From: Octopus vulgaris | Lineage: Eukaryota | Assembly: GCA_951406725.2 (NCBI GenBank) | Contig: OX597838.1 | Location: forward strand, 20,956,001 to 21,020,000 | Length of the DNA: 64,000 bases | Direction of reading: 5' to 3' | Shown: piece after piece, positions 12,075-25,258 of the stretch | Layout: each line of letters begins with the position of its first letter | How positions within the stretch are numbered: position 1 is the stretch's first letter | The notes under the pieces: model-generated | Told to the model about the DNA's origin: nothing | Database searches by the model: none | What the model saw: only the letters and a program-made list of their open reading frames with translations | Translations under genes and position numbers: made by a program

Positions 12075-12350
12075 GCAGGAGACCATCACAGCTAGACAAA
12101 GGAAGCTGCTTGGCCATGTATTGTGCTTACTGTTGGATAAATCTGCAAGGACAACTGTTGAGTGGACAGTTGAAGAAGAAAGAGAGGCAGGCTGGTGAAG
12201 GGGTGACAAACGACTGGACTGCTTGAGAATACCTGACCAAGATGGGTGTCACCTGGGAAGAGGGGTGCAGTTTGGTTCAGAAAGGCACTGTTTGGAGAAC
12301 TCTGATCACCTGATGCTCTTTTAGTGAATAGAGATAACATCATCATCATC
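12075..12350 (+). mobile_element. RTE LINE 3'-end relic
   Basis: Translates ETITARQRKLLGHVLCLLLDKSARTTVEWT (RTE C-terminal GHV-R motif region), followed by a (CAT)n tail. Confidence 0.6.
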
Positions 12351-13383
12351 ATCATTGTACCTTGAAAAATTGTGTTCTTTAGTGGTGAAATATGAGATCC
12401 AGTTGGAATTAGGAATAGAGGATTGGACCTTATTGTCATCATCCCCCTCACATGTGTGAAGGATGGGCTGCAAGGTGAAATGGATCATGCAACAATCTGA
12501 ATAATAGTAATAGTAATCCTTTCTCTATTGGTCACAAGGCCTGAAATTTTGCAGGGGAAGACTAGTCAATTACATCGACCCCAGTGTTTCATTGGTACTT
12601 AATTTATGAACCCCAAAAGGATGAAAGGCATAATCGACCTCAGTGGAATTTGAACTCAGAGCATAGTGATTAGTGAAATACTGCTAAGCATTTTGCCCAG
12701 CATGCTAATGATTCTGCCAGCTCATCACCTTGATAATAATAATAATTAGTAAAATAATAATAATAGTTTTACATTTTGACACAAATCCCAAAATTTAGGT
12801 GGAAGCGGGTTAGTTGATTATTTTGACCCTAGTAATAGACTTGGAGGGATGAAAGGCAAAGTGGACATCAAGACAAAAGGCCTTCAAGTCGCTGTTGTGA
12901 CCATAGTTATAATAATTGTGCTTTTTGCCTTGTACCATTAGTTTCATGCTCCTATATTTCTGCTCCGCTAAACTGGGCAAAGTTTTATTGTCAATAGGAC
13001 TTGTAATTATGTATTGTGATATGAGAATGCATACTCTAATTAAATGTAGATAATCTTTCATAATTAATCACAGTTATGGAGCTACTACTATTTGTGGGTA
13101 TAAGATGACAAAATTAGGCTGAATTTATTGTACTTTGTACATTTTAATGCCATTGAACTGTGTCATTCACTGGCTCAACCTTCATTATTTAAGTCCCATA
13201 TTTGGTACCTACACATTGGTTTCTGGCTTGTGTAACCTTTTTGATACCGACCTGCCCAAAACTGCCCTTGATTCTATAATATAAATTCCCATTTTTAAGT
13301 GATCCAGATTAAAACCTTCCCTTGAAATTTCATGTTAATTTATTTATATCCCATATGCTAGCTGAAGAATGGCAGTTCTTTTA

Positions 13384-13863
13384 ATAAATTCTTCATTATT
13401 TTGAAAATTTGAAACAGAGGCAGATTATTTTAGCAGAAATATAACAAGGGATTAATCATTATGTGAGTATAACACCAACATGTAGCCTGAGTTATAATTG
13501 GATTTTTTAAGCACTGAATGGCTATGATGGCCCCTCTGAGTAAAATAGAAAACAAAGGGGTCCACAGGTAGAAAATGGTTGAGAAACAGCGTGTTAAGGG
13601 ATTCAAGTTTACCTCAATTTACCTGTCAGAATAGCATAAACTTGAACCCCTTAACACACTGTTTCTCAACCATTTTCTACCTATGGATTTCTTTGTTTTC
13701 TATTTTACTCAGAGGAGCCATCATAGCCATTCAATGTTTAAAAAATCCACCACTCAGGCTACCACATGTTGGTGTTATAATCACATAATGATTAATCCCT
13801 TGTTATATTTCTGTCAAAATAATCTGCCTCTGTTTCAAATTTTCAAAATAATGAAGAATTTAT
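13384..13863. repeat. Long fold-back inverted repeat (228/227-nt arms, 25-nt loop)
   Basis: 13384-13611 is the reverse complement of 13637-13863, with about a dozen substitutions and two small indels. Confidence 0.95.
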
Positions 13864-14484
13864 AATTGCTGGTGTTACATTCCAAAACTTCCCACAATGG
13901 GTGAAAATCTGTGAAGTAGAATCTATGCTGTATTTTTTTAATTATTTTTATAATTTGTAATAACAACACCATAGAGGAATCAATGTAAACTTTAATAAAC
14001 CGCGATATGGTGAGGGATTACTGTATTAGCATAAAGTTGAGTGAAATGAAGCATTTTGCTCAAGGACACTAACACCCTACTTTGCTCAGGAATTGAAGCT
14101 ATAATCTTACGATGGCGAGTGCAATGCCCTAACCACTGAGCCATGTGCTTTTATTACTAAATGAGGAAGAGGTTGGTGTTGTATTTCAACTAATCTACCA
14201 ATAGCCAGAAGACAAAGGATTCACTGTCCAAGAGTTTTAAAATGCCATAGATGTGTCAGAAATGCTAAACAAATTCTTGATCCATTAACTTATCGACTAA
14301 AACCTGTTGGGAATTAGGCCCCAGGGGCAGTCTTAGGTAATTTCCAGTTATGTAAGATCAGCATGTTCTAGCAAAGGATTAGATCTTGGTGGGTTTAGTG
14401 TGTGTTCCCAAGGGGTTTTTTAAATATATTTTTATATGTTTAAGCCAATATGTTTTCCAAATTTCTCTGCCACCTGTGGTTTTC

Positions 14485-14810
14485 TTTCTTTCTTTCTTCT
14501 TCTTTATGCCTGTAACCCTCCAACGCGAAGTATAGGCCACTTATAGTTGAATTCCATGTCGCATAATTTTTGGCTTCTGTACTTATACTCTGCCATGAAT
14601 TTCCCCCTTTCTCTAGTTCCTTTTGTATTGATCTCCACCACGAGTTCTTAGGCCTACCTCTCCTTCTATATCCATCCGGTTTCCACTGTAAAGCACTTTT
14701 CGCCACATTCGGTGTGTCTTTCCTAATTGTGCTACCAATCCACTTCCCACTTTTTCTTAAATATTTGCTCCCTAATCGAAACTTGATTTGTTCTTTACCA
14801 TAGCTCCATA
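14485..14810 (-). mobile_element. RTE LINE 3'-end relic
   Basis: KWIGSTIRK...AKSALQWKPDGYRRRGRPKNSWWRSIQKELEKGGNSW, a typical RTE ORF C-terminus. Confidence 0.8.
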
Positions 14811-15111
14811 TTGCTTATGTGTTCAGGCCAACCCCTCATCCTCGTTGTGAGAGATGGAAACAGGTAAAGCTTGGTGAAGTTGAATGGGATAATCACCTGT
14901 GCAATGGATTTGATTGACAGTAACTAAAAGAAGCCCAAAGTGTGTGTATGTGTGTATATATATATGTGTGTGTGTTTGTGTGTGTCTGTCCCCCACCACT
15001 GCTAGGCAACAGGTTTGGTGTGTTTACATCCCCATAAGTTAGCAGTTTGGCAAAAGATGCCAATAGAATAAGTATCAGACACTCTAACCACTGGGCCATG
15101 CCCCTTCAGTA

Positions 15112-15159
<48 letters not shown>

Positions 15160-18100
15160 AGTTATGAGACAGAGTGTCAGTCCCTATAGTTTATATATAT
15201 TCCATTCTTGTATTTATGTCTTAGCAATTTCTCTCCTTATAGTGTTGATATATAACCCCCCTCCCCGCCCTTTACTGTTTTCTTTTCACTCTAAGGCCAA
15301 TATGAAAATAGAAAAGAAATGGGTCAGCTAACCTTGAAATTTGTTTTTTCACTAATTCATCAGCTTGCAATATTTCAAACATCCACATTCAGTCACTAAT
15401 GTTGGTGGTAACTTTAAAAGTTGACCCTGAGTGGTGGTGATGGTGGACCAGGGAGAGAAATGGGTTAAGGTGTCACTCTTTATATTTTTGGGGGTATTGT
15501 TTACTCTATTACCTCACCACCACCACCACCACCACCATTCTTAAATTGCCTTCTCGCTTTCCTGCCAACATTATCATCCATTCTGCTATAATGAGTTGAA
15601 AGAAAAGAGGGGACACACATCTAAACAAAACTTCTAATGTGGGTTTGTTTGCTTAGCCCTTTATTGATATTCTTAGGGATTTTGTGTGGTATTTGTGGTT
15701 GACTTCTTCTTCTCCTCCTCCTCCTCCTCCTCCTTCTTCTTCGTTGTCGTCTTCTTCTTCTTCTTCTCCTCCAACCAGGACTATTAGTGACTCTTGGTGT
15801 TTGCAGTTTTGGTAATGGTTGTGTTGTCAGGGGTCAGTGGTGATAACTATCTCATAAAAGGTCAGTCTCCAGATTGTAGCTGAAGAGTCCAGTTTAAGAA
15901 TCAAGTGGGCAGGGTGGGGAATGTTGTTGTTTAGCCATAGTACAACTCTAATCTAGCAGATATAGGATCAAAGGCATTCCAGGCATGACCAACATGACCA
16001 TCCTATCTGTTGTCTTCTCAGCCATGTTGTTGTTCTGAATACATTCTCCAAATTTTTTTATTTTTTTATGGCAAGATGATTTGAAGGAGGTCTGTCTACT
16101 ATTTCTGTGTGTCTGTGTGATCTTGTTTCAGTGAGGGTTTTTACTTGAATGAATCGCTGCGAGTACTTGTTTTTAAAGCTCCATACTTATTCTTTTGGTT
16201 TCTTTTATCAAACCGCTAAGTTACAGGGACACAAACAAACCAACACAGGTTGTTAAGCAGAGCCGGAGGACAAACCTTGATGCAAAGACACACACACACA
16301 CACAGAGCCATAAAAATCATGCCAAAAGAGATAGTGAAGCTTGGTGCAGTCTTCTGGTTTCCCCAGTTCCTGTGAAACCATCCAACCCATGCCAGCATGG
16401 AAAAGGGACGTTAAATGATGATAATGATGATGACATGCACAACAGGCTTCTTTCAGTTTCCACCTACCAAATCCCTATCGCATGTGTTTGGTCAGTTTTG
16501 AAGATGCTTGTCGAAGGTATCACCCAGTGGGACTGAACCCAGAACCATGTGGTTGGAAAGCAAAATTCTTACCACACAGCCATGCTTGTGAGTGCACACA
16601 CACACACACCTACCCAGTATAGCCTGTATGCACACCAATCACAATAACTTTATGCAAATCTGCCCTGTTTGACAATCCCTTAGAGTATAATGGGGGAAGG
16701 CTGAGGGTGAGGGACCTTTCCACTTCAGGCTATTCTATAAAAACCCAAAACCCAATGAAATAAATTGCTAGAATAGGGCATGTTTTCACACTCTATGTAG
16801 AACCAGTTCTCAGAAATGGTTGTTTACGATATCTGATCTTGCCCACTGTCGCCTAGTATTAGTTGGTTTTGGTGACCAAGGGCTGTTCTAAAGGAATGTT
16901 AGTGGAGGCGGGGTGACAATTACTGTAAGGTGGAGCTGTGTGTGTATGAATGAAGTGCTTATCTATTGCGATCATATGACCTAGATGGCAATCTCAGGGT
17001 ATTTACCTCCACGCAGTAGATTCCAGTAGATTCCGCTGTCCCTAAGGACATCTCTGTGCACACTCTCTATCCACCCACTGGCCTCCTTGACATACCAACC
17101 AACCAACCAACAAACAAACAAGCCAACCAACCAGCTAGCCAAATAACCTAGCTCCTAAAGGAATCATAGAGCAATAGAATTATGGGTGAAGTGAAATGCT
17201 TTCATTTAGATACTGATTTTGTTATTGGCATTACAAATACGTAAAAGTAGTATTTGCTTTACTATCACACATGTGTATGTGTTTATTTCTTAAACATTTA
17301 CAAGGAAAGGTTTGACAGTGACTTCAAATTGTGTATGTGTATGCATCTGAGTACACACACACATACAGACACACACACACATTGCTTATTGAGAACATGT
17401 ACACAAATTTATATTGAAATACCTTTGGTTTTTGTTAGATGTGAGTTGTCTTAAATTATTAACAAATGTGTCCTTTAATACCTCTTACACCCTTTCATGT
17501 ACATCGTATGCATGTATGTATTATGTATGTATATATGTATGTGTGTATATGTATATGGGTGTAGGTGTGGTAAGAAGGCGGCAAGCTGGCAGAAATGTTA
17601 GCACGCCGGGCGAAATGCTTAATGGTATTTCGTCTGCCATAACGTTCTGAGTTCAAATTCTGTCGAAATCAACTTTGCCTTTCATCCTATCGGGGTCGAT
17701 AAATTAAGTACCAGTTATGCACTGGGGTTGTAATCGACTTAATCCCTTTGTCTGTCCTTGTTTGTCCACTCTATGTTTAGCCCCTTGTGGGCAATAAAAG
17801 AAAAATAAGCTGTTTCCCAACTGCAGGGTTCTGTGTTCAGTCCCACAGCATGACACCTTGGCCAAGTGTCGTCTGCTATAGCCCCAGGCTGACCAAAGCC
17901 TTGTGAGTTGATTTTGGTAGATGGAAACAGAAAGAAGCCTGTCATACATGTGTATGTGTGTGTGTATGTGCACGCATCACTGTGTTTGTTCCCTGCCATC
18001 ATTTTCCAACTGATGTTGGTTTGTTTACATCCCCGTAATTTAGTAAGTCCAGTGACTGAAAGAAGTAAAAGATGAAGGATATATATATGTGTGTATGTGT

Positions 18101-18230
18101 GTATCTATATATGTTAGTGTGTGAGTATTCACAATTTCTATTGAATGTTGCTTTCTAGTAAGTTGTCAAGGTTTGTTTGTTTAGATTGCTAGCTTGATTT
18201 CTAATGATACATGTGGGTGGGTTGAATTGT

Positions 18231-18277
<47 letters not shown>

Positions 18278-19152
18278 GTGTGTGTGTGTATATATATATA
18301 TATATGTATGTATGTATACACACATGATAATAATATTGAATCATAAGATTTAATGTACTTCTGAAAAGTCTTGTTGGTGAGGTATAATATTACCTCTAAG
18401 AAATTGAGTTTATCTTGAGGTTACTACATTTATTTCGGCAAGTCTTTCCTGAGAAAAAATATTGAATAGGCTCACAAAATCTCTCTCACTCTCATGCTAT
18501 CACACACATAGGTACTTATTCAAAATCCATAACAGCATTGCTGTTAGGGATTATGAGTAATATGAAACTCCACTAGAATAAACATTTCCTTTTCCTGTGT
18601 TTGATTTTATTTTTGCCATTTTTTCACTCTCTTTGAATAGTATCTTGTTCCCTAATTAGTAATAATTAAAACTGAATTCATTTCTTTTATAAATTAATAG
18701 TACCGGCATGGAACTCTTAATGATATCCTTCTAGAGGAAACATGAAATCCCTATTGAACACACACCATTTCCTTGTCATTCTGTTCTCTATTCTCTTTGT
18801 TCCTCCAAACAGTACTTTTGTTCAGTCGTTAGTAATTATTATTTCTTTTGTGGGCACAAAGCTTTGAAAATTTTTTGAGGGAAGGGGGCTTGTCGAATAC
18901 ATCGACCCCCAGTGCGTAACTGGTACTTATTTTATCGGCCCCGAAAGGATGAAAGGCAAAGTCAACCTCGGCAGGATTTGAACTCAGAATGTAACAGCAG
19001 ACGGAACATTGCTAAGCATTTTGCCCAGTGTGCTAACAATTCTGCCAGCTCGCTGCTTTTGTTCAATCATTAATAATCTTAAGAGTAGGATTAAGAATTG
19101 GCAGAACCACTTAGGGGCCAGAAAAATCCTTTGCGATATTTGTTCTGGCTTA

Positions 19153-19612
19153 AAGGCATTGAGCTGGCAGAATTGTTAGCATGCGGCAAGCTAACAGAAA
19201 TGTTAGCACGCCGGGTGAAATCCTTAGCGGTATCTCGTCTGCCATTACGTTCTGAGTTCAAATTCCGCTGAGGTCGACTATGCCTTTCATCCTTTCGGGG
19301 GTCGATAAATTAAGTACCAGTTACACACTAGGGGTCGATATAATCGACTTAATTCGTTTGTCTGTCCTTGTTTGTCCCCTCTGTGTTTAGCCCCTTGTGG
19401 GCAATAAAGAAATAAGAATTGTTAGCATGCTGGGCAAAACGCTTGGCAGCATTTCATCCGTCTTTAAGTTCTGAGTTCAAATTTTACTAAGATTGACTTT
19501 ACTTTTCATCCTTTTAGAGTTGATAAAATAAGTACCAGTTGAATACTGGGGTCAATGTAATCGACTTAGCCCCTCCCCCAAAACTGCTGGCATTGTGCTA
19601 AAATTTGAAACC
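19153..19612 (+). mobile_element. SINE family B copy (19185-19414) nested in the head of an older family B copy
   Basis: 16-bp TSD AGAATTGTTAGCATGC at 19169-19184 and 19415-19430. Family core GTCGACTTTGCCTTTCATCCTTTCGGGGTCGATAAATTAAGTACCAG. Other copies at ~12540-12730(-), 17577-17806, 22655-22868, 30095-30304(-), 49210-49438, 52750-52945(-), 63778-63968. Confidence 0.88.
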
Positions 19613-21275
19613 AGTATTTATTTTCGCTTTAAAAACAAAAGACAAATAGTAAATTGGTTTGGCCAATTTGTTTGAGAATCACGTAGGTTGTTATGCAGTA
19701 ATCCTTGTGGCTCTCTACATATGAAAAAAAACTTTGTCTTCTGAAGAATGAAGGCTTGTGGCCTAGTGGTTAGTGTGTTTCACCCATGATTGCAAGATTG
19801 TGGTTTCAACTCCTGGACTGGCACTACATTGTGTTATTGAGCAAAACACTTCATTTCACATTGCCTCAGTCCACTCGGCTGTAAACAGGTCACCCTATAA
19901 TGGATGGGTTTTCTGTTCAGGGAGGATGTTGACCAGCCTATTTTACATTCTGAGTTCAAATTCTGCTGAGGTTGACTTTGCCTTTCATCCTTTCAGGGTC
20001 GATAAATTAAGCACCAGTTGCACACTGGGGTCGATCTAATCAACTGGCCCCTTCCCCCCCAAAATTTCAGGCCTTGTGCCTAGAGTAGAAAAAAATGTTG
20101 GCCAGCCTGCCTGCTTGCCTATCAGCCAGCCTCCGTGCCTGCCTAGCAGGGTGGCATCTGCTGAAAGCTATGCAAACACGGAAATGCATTGTGACCAGCA
20201 GTGTAAAACAACATCCGGTGGTCTGAGGGATAGAGTGATATAGAGATATTTTAAAAAGCAACACGAGAAGGTGAATCGAGAAACATTACCCATATAACTA
20301 TATTGTGGTGCAACTAGTCGCATGTGTGCAAGTGCACGTGTGTGTGTGTGCATGCATGTGTGTGTGTGTATTATTTTGATTTATAATACAGGAAACTCCA
20401 CCCTGCAGATGCTAAAATATCCTTATCTCTAAAGTTATTTTCAAGTAATCTTCTTGTCAGTATTGTTCTTTAGTAATTAGGCCTCTTACCAATTTTGTGA
20501 GGAAAGGAGAGAAGAGGAAGGGATTAAGGGTTGCTTGGGAAGGGGGTGTTATTTCTTTTGTTTTTGTTTCTTCTTTTTTTGTTATTTTCAAGAAATTTCT
20601 CTTTCCACATCATCTGATTTATCAATGGCATTTATTGTTGTTGCTTTGTGTATATAGATGGTTTTCTGTTGTATCGGTAGTTATATTGTTTTTTTTTTTT
20701 CATTCTTAGCTGTTTAGCATTCAGGTAACTCTGTCAAATTTCATGCTTATTCATTCGCATTATGGAGATGTACTTGCATAGCAAGTGACCTGATCTGAGA
20801 TCATGTGCTGGAACGAAAACATTGTTTTAAATTAACCATGCATTATCTTGTAGCTTTGAGATTTCGATGATGTGATTGTTTCCTTTTAGAATGACATTGT
20901 AGAGTAGTTGTGTGAAGCCTGATCGGGGTCAGTTTGAATACAAAAGCATGTAGAATATTTGGGCCTGATTTGGCCAGTTTGAATGCTAAAGGGTTCAGCA
21001 GAGCTGCTGTACATGGTGTAGACCCCTGGAGACATCAGTATGACAATTATTGATGTTTCTGTCTGTGATTATCCTAAGAGTTCTTTTATCGGATTTAGGA
21101 TGTAGTCTGTGGCCCCACTTCATTTTATTTTTTTAAATAGAAAAGAGTTTGTTGTTCTGTGAATAAAAAAACTTAGAACGTGTGCCCCATATTTCAATCC
21201 TTTTATTACAATGGCTAATATACTTTTGATCATAGGTCTGTAAAGTGGTTGGCATAGGGAAGCTGTAGAAATCAA

Positions 21276-21594
21276 TTTTATTTTTTTTATTTATGCGCAC
21301 TTTTCAAGCCTAGCCAGGCTCATGGGCCTGGTTTCCCGGTTTCTATGGTGTATGTGTTCCCCACAGCTGGACAGGACGCCAGTCCATTGCAGCGTTACTC
21401 AAGAAACAGGAACAAAGAGTGAGAGAACATTGGGCGAAAGAGTACATAGGGGTCGCCACCACCTGCTGCTGGAGCCTCATGGAGCTCTAGATGTTTCCGC
21501 TCAATAAATACACACAATGCCTGGTCTGGGAATTGAAACCGCGATCCTCCGACTGTTAGTCTGCTACCCTAACCACTGGACCATTGCGCCTCCA
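21276..21594 (-). mobile_element. tRNA-derived SINE (distinct family), full length
   Basis: tRNA-like head GGAGGCGCAATGGTCCAGTGGTTAGGG...GGTTTCAATTCCC, A-rich tail, 13-bp TSD CTGTAGAAATCAA (21263-21275, 21595-21607). Confidence 0.85.
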
Positions 21595-22886
21595 CTGTAG
21601 AAATCAACCCAAGCCAAAATAAATAATAGGATTCTTGCGTGGCGCCCTGGCCTTGCAAGCTCTGTCAAGCCCTCCAACCCATGCCAGCTTGGAAAATGGA
21701 TATTAAATGTTGTTGTTGATGTTGTTGACGATGATGATGATGAATAGGAGCTCTCTTAGGAGCTCATTCTGGGACACATTGCACGTGGCAAGAGAGTTGG
21801 TCAGATTGGGTTTGAGTGCATTGAGACGTATATGTGCTTGGTATGTATGTTGTTGTTTAGCAGCAGTCTGCTTTATTCCAGCAGACCTATGATCAAAAAC
21901 ACACCAGCTATGACCATCCTGTTTTAATTTTTCTTTTCCCAGTGGGTTGTAATAATAACTGTTTCTTTTGTTTGTTTGGTTTTTTTTTTTTTTTGGTTTT
22001 TTTTTTTAAGATGGTACGGTGGTGCATGTTGATATGTGGCCACTATTTCTTGCAAGGAAAACGAGCACATAGAGAGGATGTTTTGTTGGCAAATGTGTGT
22101 CAGGATGGAGGTGAGGTGCAGAAGAGGGAGGAAGAAGAAATTAGAGGAGAGGAGAAATTAGAGGAGTATGGGGAGCAGTGTCGTTGCACGTGTGCATATG
22201 TGCATGGTGGAATTTGATTTGATGTAAAAATGTGCAGCAAATACAACCATCTGCATTAGCAGTGCTATATATGGAGCCTTATTTTGGTTAGCAGAATGGT
22301 TGTGTGCACCAGTGTCTGGTGCGATAACACTGAGTAGAGACCATTCTGTCTGCAAAAATATCAGTTACACTCTGTGTGTGTGTGTGTGCATGTGTGTGTG
22401 CGTTTAAACAATCAAAATCTTTTGTTCTGAGATTTCTTAATCTTTCTTTCTACTTTTATTTAAGAAAAATTGTTTGAATTACCATCAAATGTTTATTGTT
22501 GTTACTAATCATATACGTGAGAGAGGGAGGTACACACTTTCATCTTCTATCTTGCTATTATTATTATTTATTATTATTATTATTACTCTTTTACTTCTTT
22601 CAGTCAAAAGACTGAAACAAGTAAAAGAGAGTAAAAAAAAAAAGAGAATGTTAAAGGTAGCAAGCTGGCAGAATCGTTAGCACGCCGGACGAAATGCTTA
22701 GCAGTATTTCAGCAGTCGCTACATTCTGAGTTCAAATTCCTCTGAGGTCGACTTTGCCTTTCATCCTTTTGAGGTTTGATAAAATAAGTACCAGTTGAAC
22801 ACTAATGTCAATGTAATCAACTCATCCCCTCCCACCAAATGGCTGCCCTTGTGGCAAAATTTGAAACCATTATTATTATTATTATT

Positions 22887-23424
22887 GAGTGAGAGAGCAG
22901 TACATGCCATCAAAGTGACACTGGGGTAAAATATACGAAGCCCAGTATACCCATCATGACTACCAGTATGATGAGGGTACACCAGGCACATGCATCACAA
23001 CCATATGTGCGCGACATGGTGATCTCATATCAAGATAAACAGCGCATGACCTTGCAGGTGGGGGCCCAGTTAGAATTTTCTTCTGGTTGAGTAACCCATT
23101 CTGCTCAAAAGGTCCCTGAATAAGGATTGTTTAAGGATGTTGAATGAAACACCCATGTTTCCAAAGGTGAATTATTCAAACCCCAAAGAATCCCTCTATG
23201 CTCTCCCACTACTTCTGCTCATGGTCAGAGATGCACATATCGTCAGTCACTAAGGGACATGCTCAACTGGTTAAGGTCAAACAACTGACAAGCAAATCTG
23301 TGATATTGAGCAGAATATTTACTTAGCCCATCTTTTATACCAAGACAAAACAATGTACATGATAACACTTCCAATCAGTTAAGATCAGAAGCCACGAGAG
23401 CCTCTGCCTGGTACTGTATCGGGG

Positions 23425-23425
<1 letters not shown>
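22887..23425. mobile_element. Unclassified ~540-bp insertion embedded in an (ATT)n run
   Basis: Compositionally distinct, higher-GC block bounded on both sides by (ATT)n; no intact ORF. Confidence 0.5.
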
Positions 23426-23464
<39 letters not shown>

Positions 23465-23760
23465 AACCATTAAGTTTTTAAAATCGTTTCTGTAAATATC
23501 TTTTTTTGCGGATAAAGGTAAAACCTTCCGGTCTGTTGTGTTTTCTCATTTAATACAAATTTCCTCCATATAATGTGATGTGTAACAAAACTGACAAGAA
23601 ACGACTCTGTCACTATTTGCAGACATGCAGCAAATTTCACTTTATGTGACTCAATTAAAACAAATTACTTAAACGATATGGAACCTTCTGTGACTTTCAA
23701 AATGTCATTAGAGTTCCATCTTAAAATGTTAGTATTTTCAGTACTTTTTGCTTGGTGTTT

Positions 23761-24342
23761 GGTGTTTGCAGTGGTCATTCCTTAACTTTTTATGTTTGCA
23801 GTGGTCACTTTTTAGATTTTGGCATTTGCAGTGGTCTTTCTTTAATTTTTGCTGTTTGCAGTGGTCATTCCTTAATTTTTGTTGTTTTCAGTGATGATTC
23901 TTTAATTTTTGATGTTTGCAGTGGTCATTCCTTAAGTTTTGATGTTTGCAGTGGTCATTCTTTAATTTTTAATGTTTGCAGTGGTCATTCCTTAATTTTT
24001 GCTATTTGCAGTGGTCATTCCTTAATTTTTGATGTTTGCAGTGGTCACCCCATAACTTTTGCTGTATGTAGTGGTCACTCCGTAACTTTTGTATGCAATG
24101 GTCACTCCATAACTTTTTTCTGTATGCAGTGGTCACTTCATAACTTTTTTCTGTATGCAGTGGTCACTTCATAACTTTTGCTGTATGCAGTCGTCACTTC
24201 ATAACTTTTGCTGTATGCAGTGGCCACCCCTTAACTTTTGAGATTTTCAGTGGTCATTCCTTAACTTTTGAGGTTTGCAGTGGCCACTCTTTCATTTTTG
24301 GTGTTTGCATCGGTCACTCTGTTACTTTTGATGTTTGCAGTG
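23761..24342. repeat. 30-bp minisatellite, about 19-20 copies (GATGTTTGCAGTGGTCATTCCTTAATTTTT)
   Basis: Period visible directly, with gradual unit drift along the array. Confidence 0.92.
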
Positions 24343-24844
24343 TTATATTCCTCGTCTATATTACTAACAATATCACTTTCATATGAATATCCATATATTT
24401 CAAGTCAATAAGGGAGCATTCACATAGTTGCTCATCTTGCTAGATATAGCAGTCAAATCTTTCTCAAATCACAGAAGGGATATGTTAGTTGATGTTCTCC
24501 TTGATACAATACAGAAAAAAAAGAAAAGGAAACAGGTTAGTCGGTGTTTGAAATCCTTTGACTGTAAATCTTCCAGGCAAGGTCTGATCAAGGCCTAACT
24601 AGCAATATCATTTAATATGTATAAATAAAAAAAATGAAAAAATTTGTGGGCGATATAACTGCAAAAAAACTCTAAAAATCTCTTCTGCTTAAATGTATAA
24701 AATCTTGAATAAAAATTACTTAAGGTAGGACAATGGATGGTGATAATGGTTGCTTGTGTGTTGGACAGAAGGTGTGTAGTATTCGTTGAAGGACAGTAGA
24801 TGTCCATGGTAGGGCATCAGATGGTGGAAGGTAAGATTGGTAGA

Positions 24845-25258
24845 AGACGGCAAGCTGGCAGAATCGTTAGCACGCCAGGTGAAATGCTTAGCGGTATTTC
24901 GTCTGCCGTTATGTTCTGAGTTCAAATTCTGTCGAGGTCAATTTTGCCTTTCATCCTTTCAGGGTCAATAAATTAAGTACCAGTTATGCACTGGGGTCGA
25001 TGTAATCAACTTAATCCATTTGTCTGTCCTTGTTTGTCCCCTCTATGTTTAGCCCCTTGTGGGTAGTAAAGAAATAGGTATTTCGTCTGCTGTTACGTTC
25101 TGAGTTCAAATTCCGTCGAGGTCGACTTTGCCTTTCATCCTTTCAGGGTCGATAAATTAAGTACCAGTTATGCACTGGGGTCGATGTAATTGACTTAATC
25201 CATTTGTCTGTCCTTCTTTGTCTCCTCTGTGTTGAGCCCCTTGTGGGCAATAAAGAAA
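24845..25258 (+). mobile_element. Dimeric SINE family B (full unit plus head-truncated unit)
   Basis: Two tandem copies of the body flanked by a single 13-bp TSD TAAGATTGGTAGA (24832-24844, 25259-25271). Confidence 0.85.

Noticed and set aside
23752-24174. 140-aa Cys/His repeat protein (VCSGHSLIFD)n
   Set aside because: Arises from a 30-bp minisatellite; the frame breaks downstream, the start is not ATG and no splice sites were seen.
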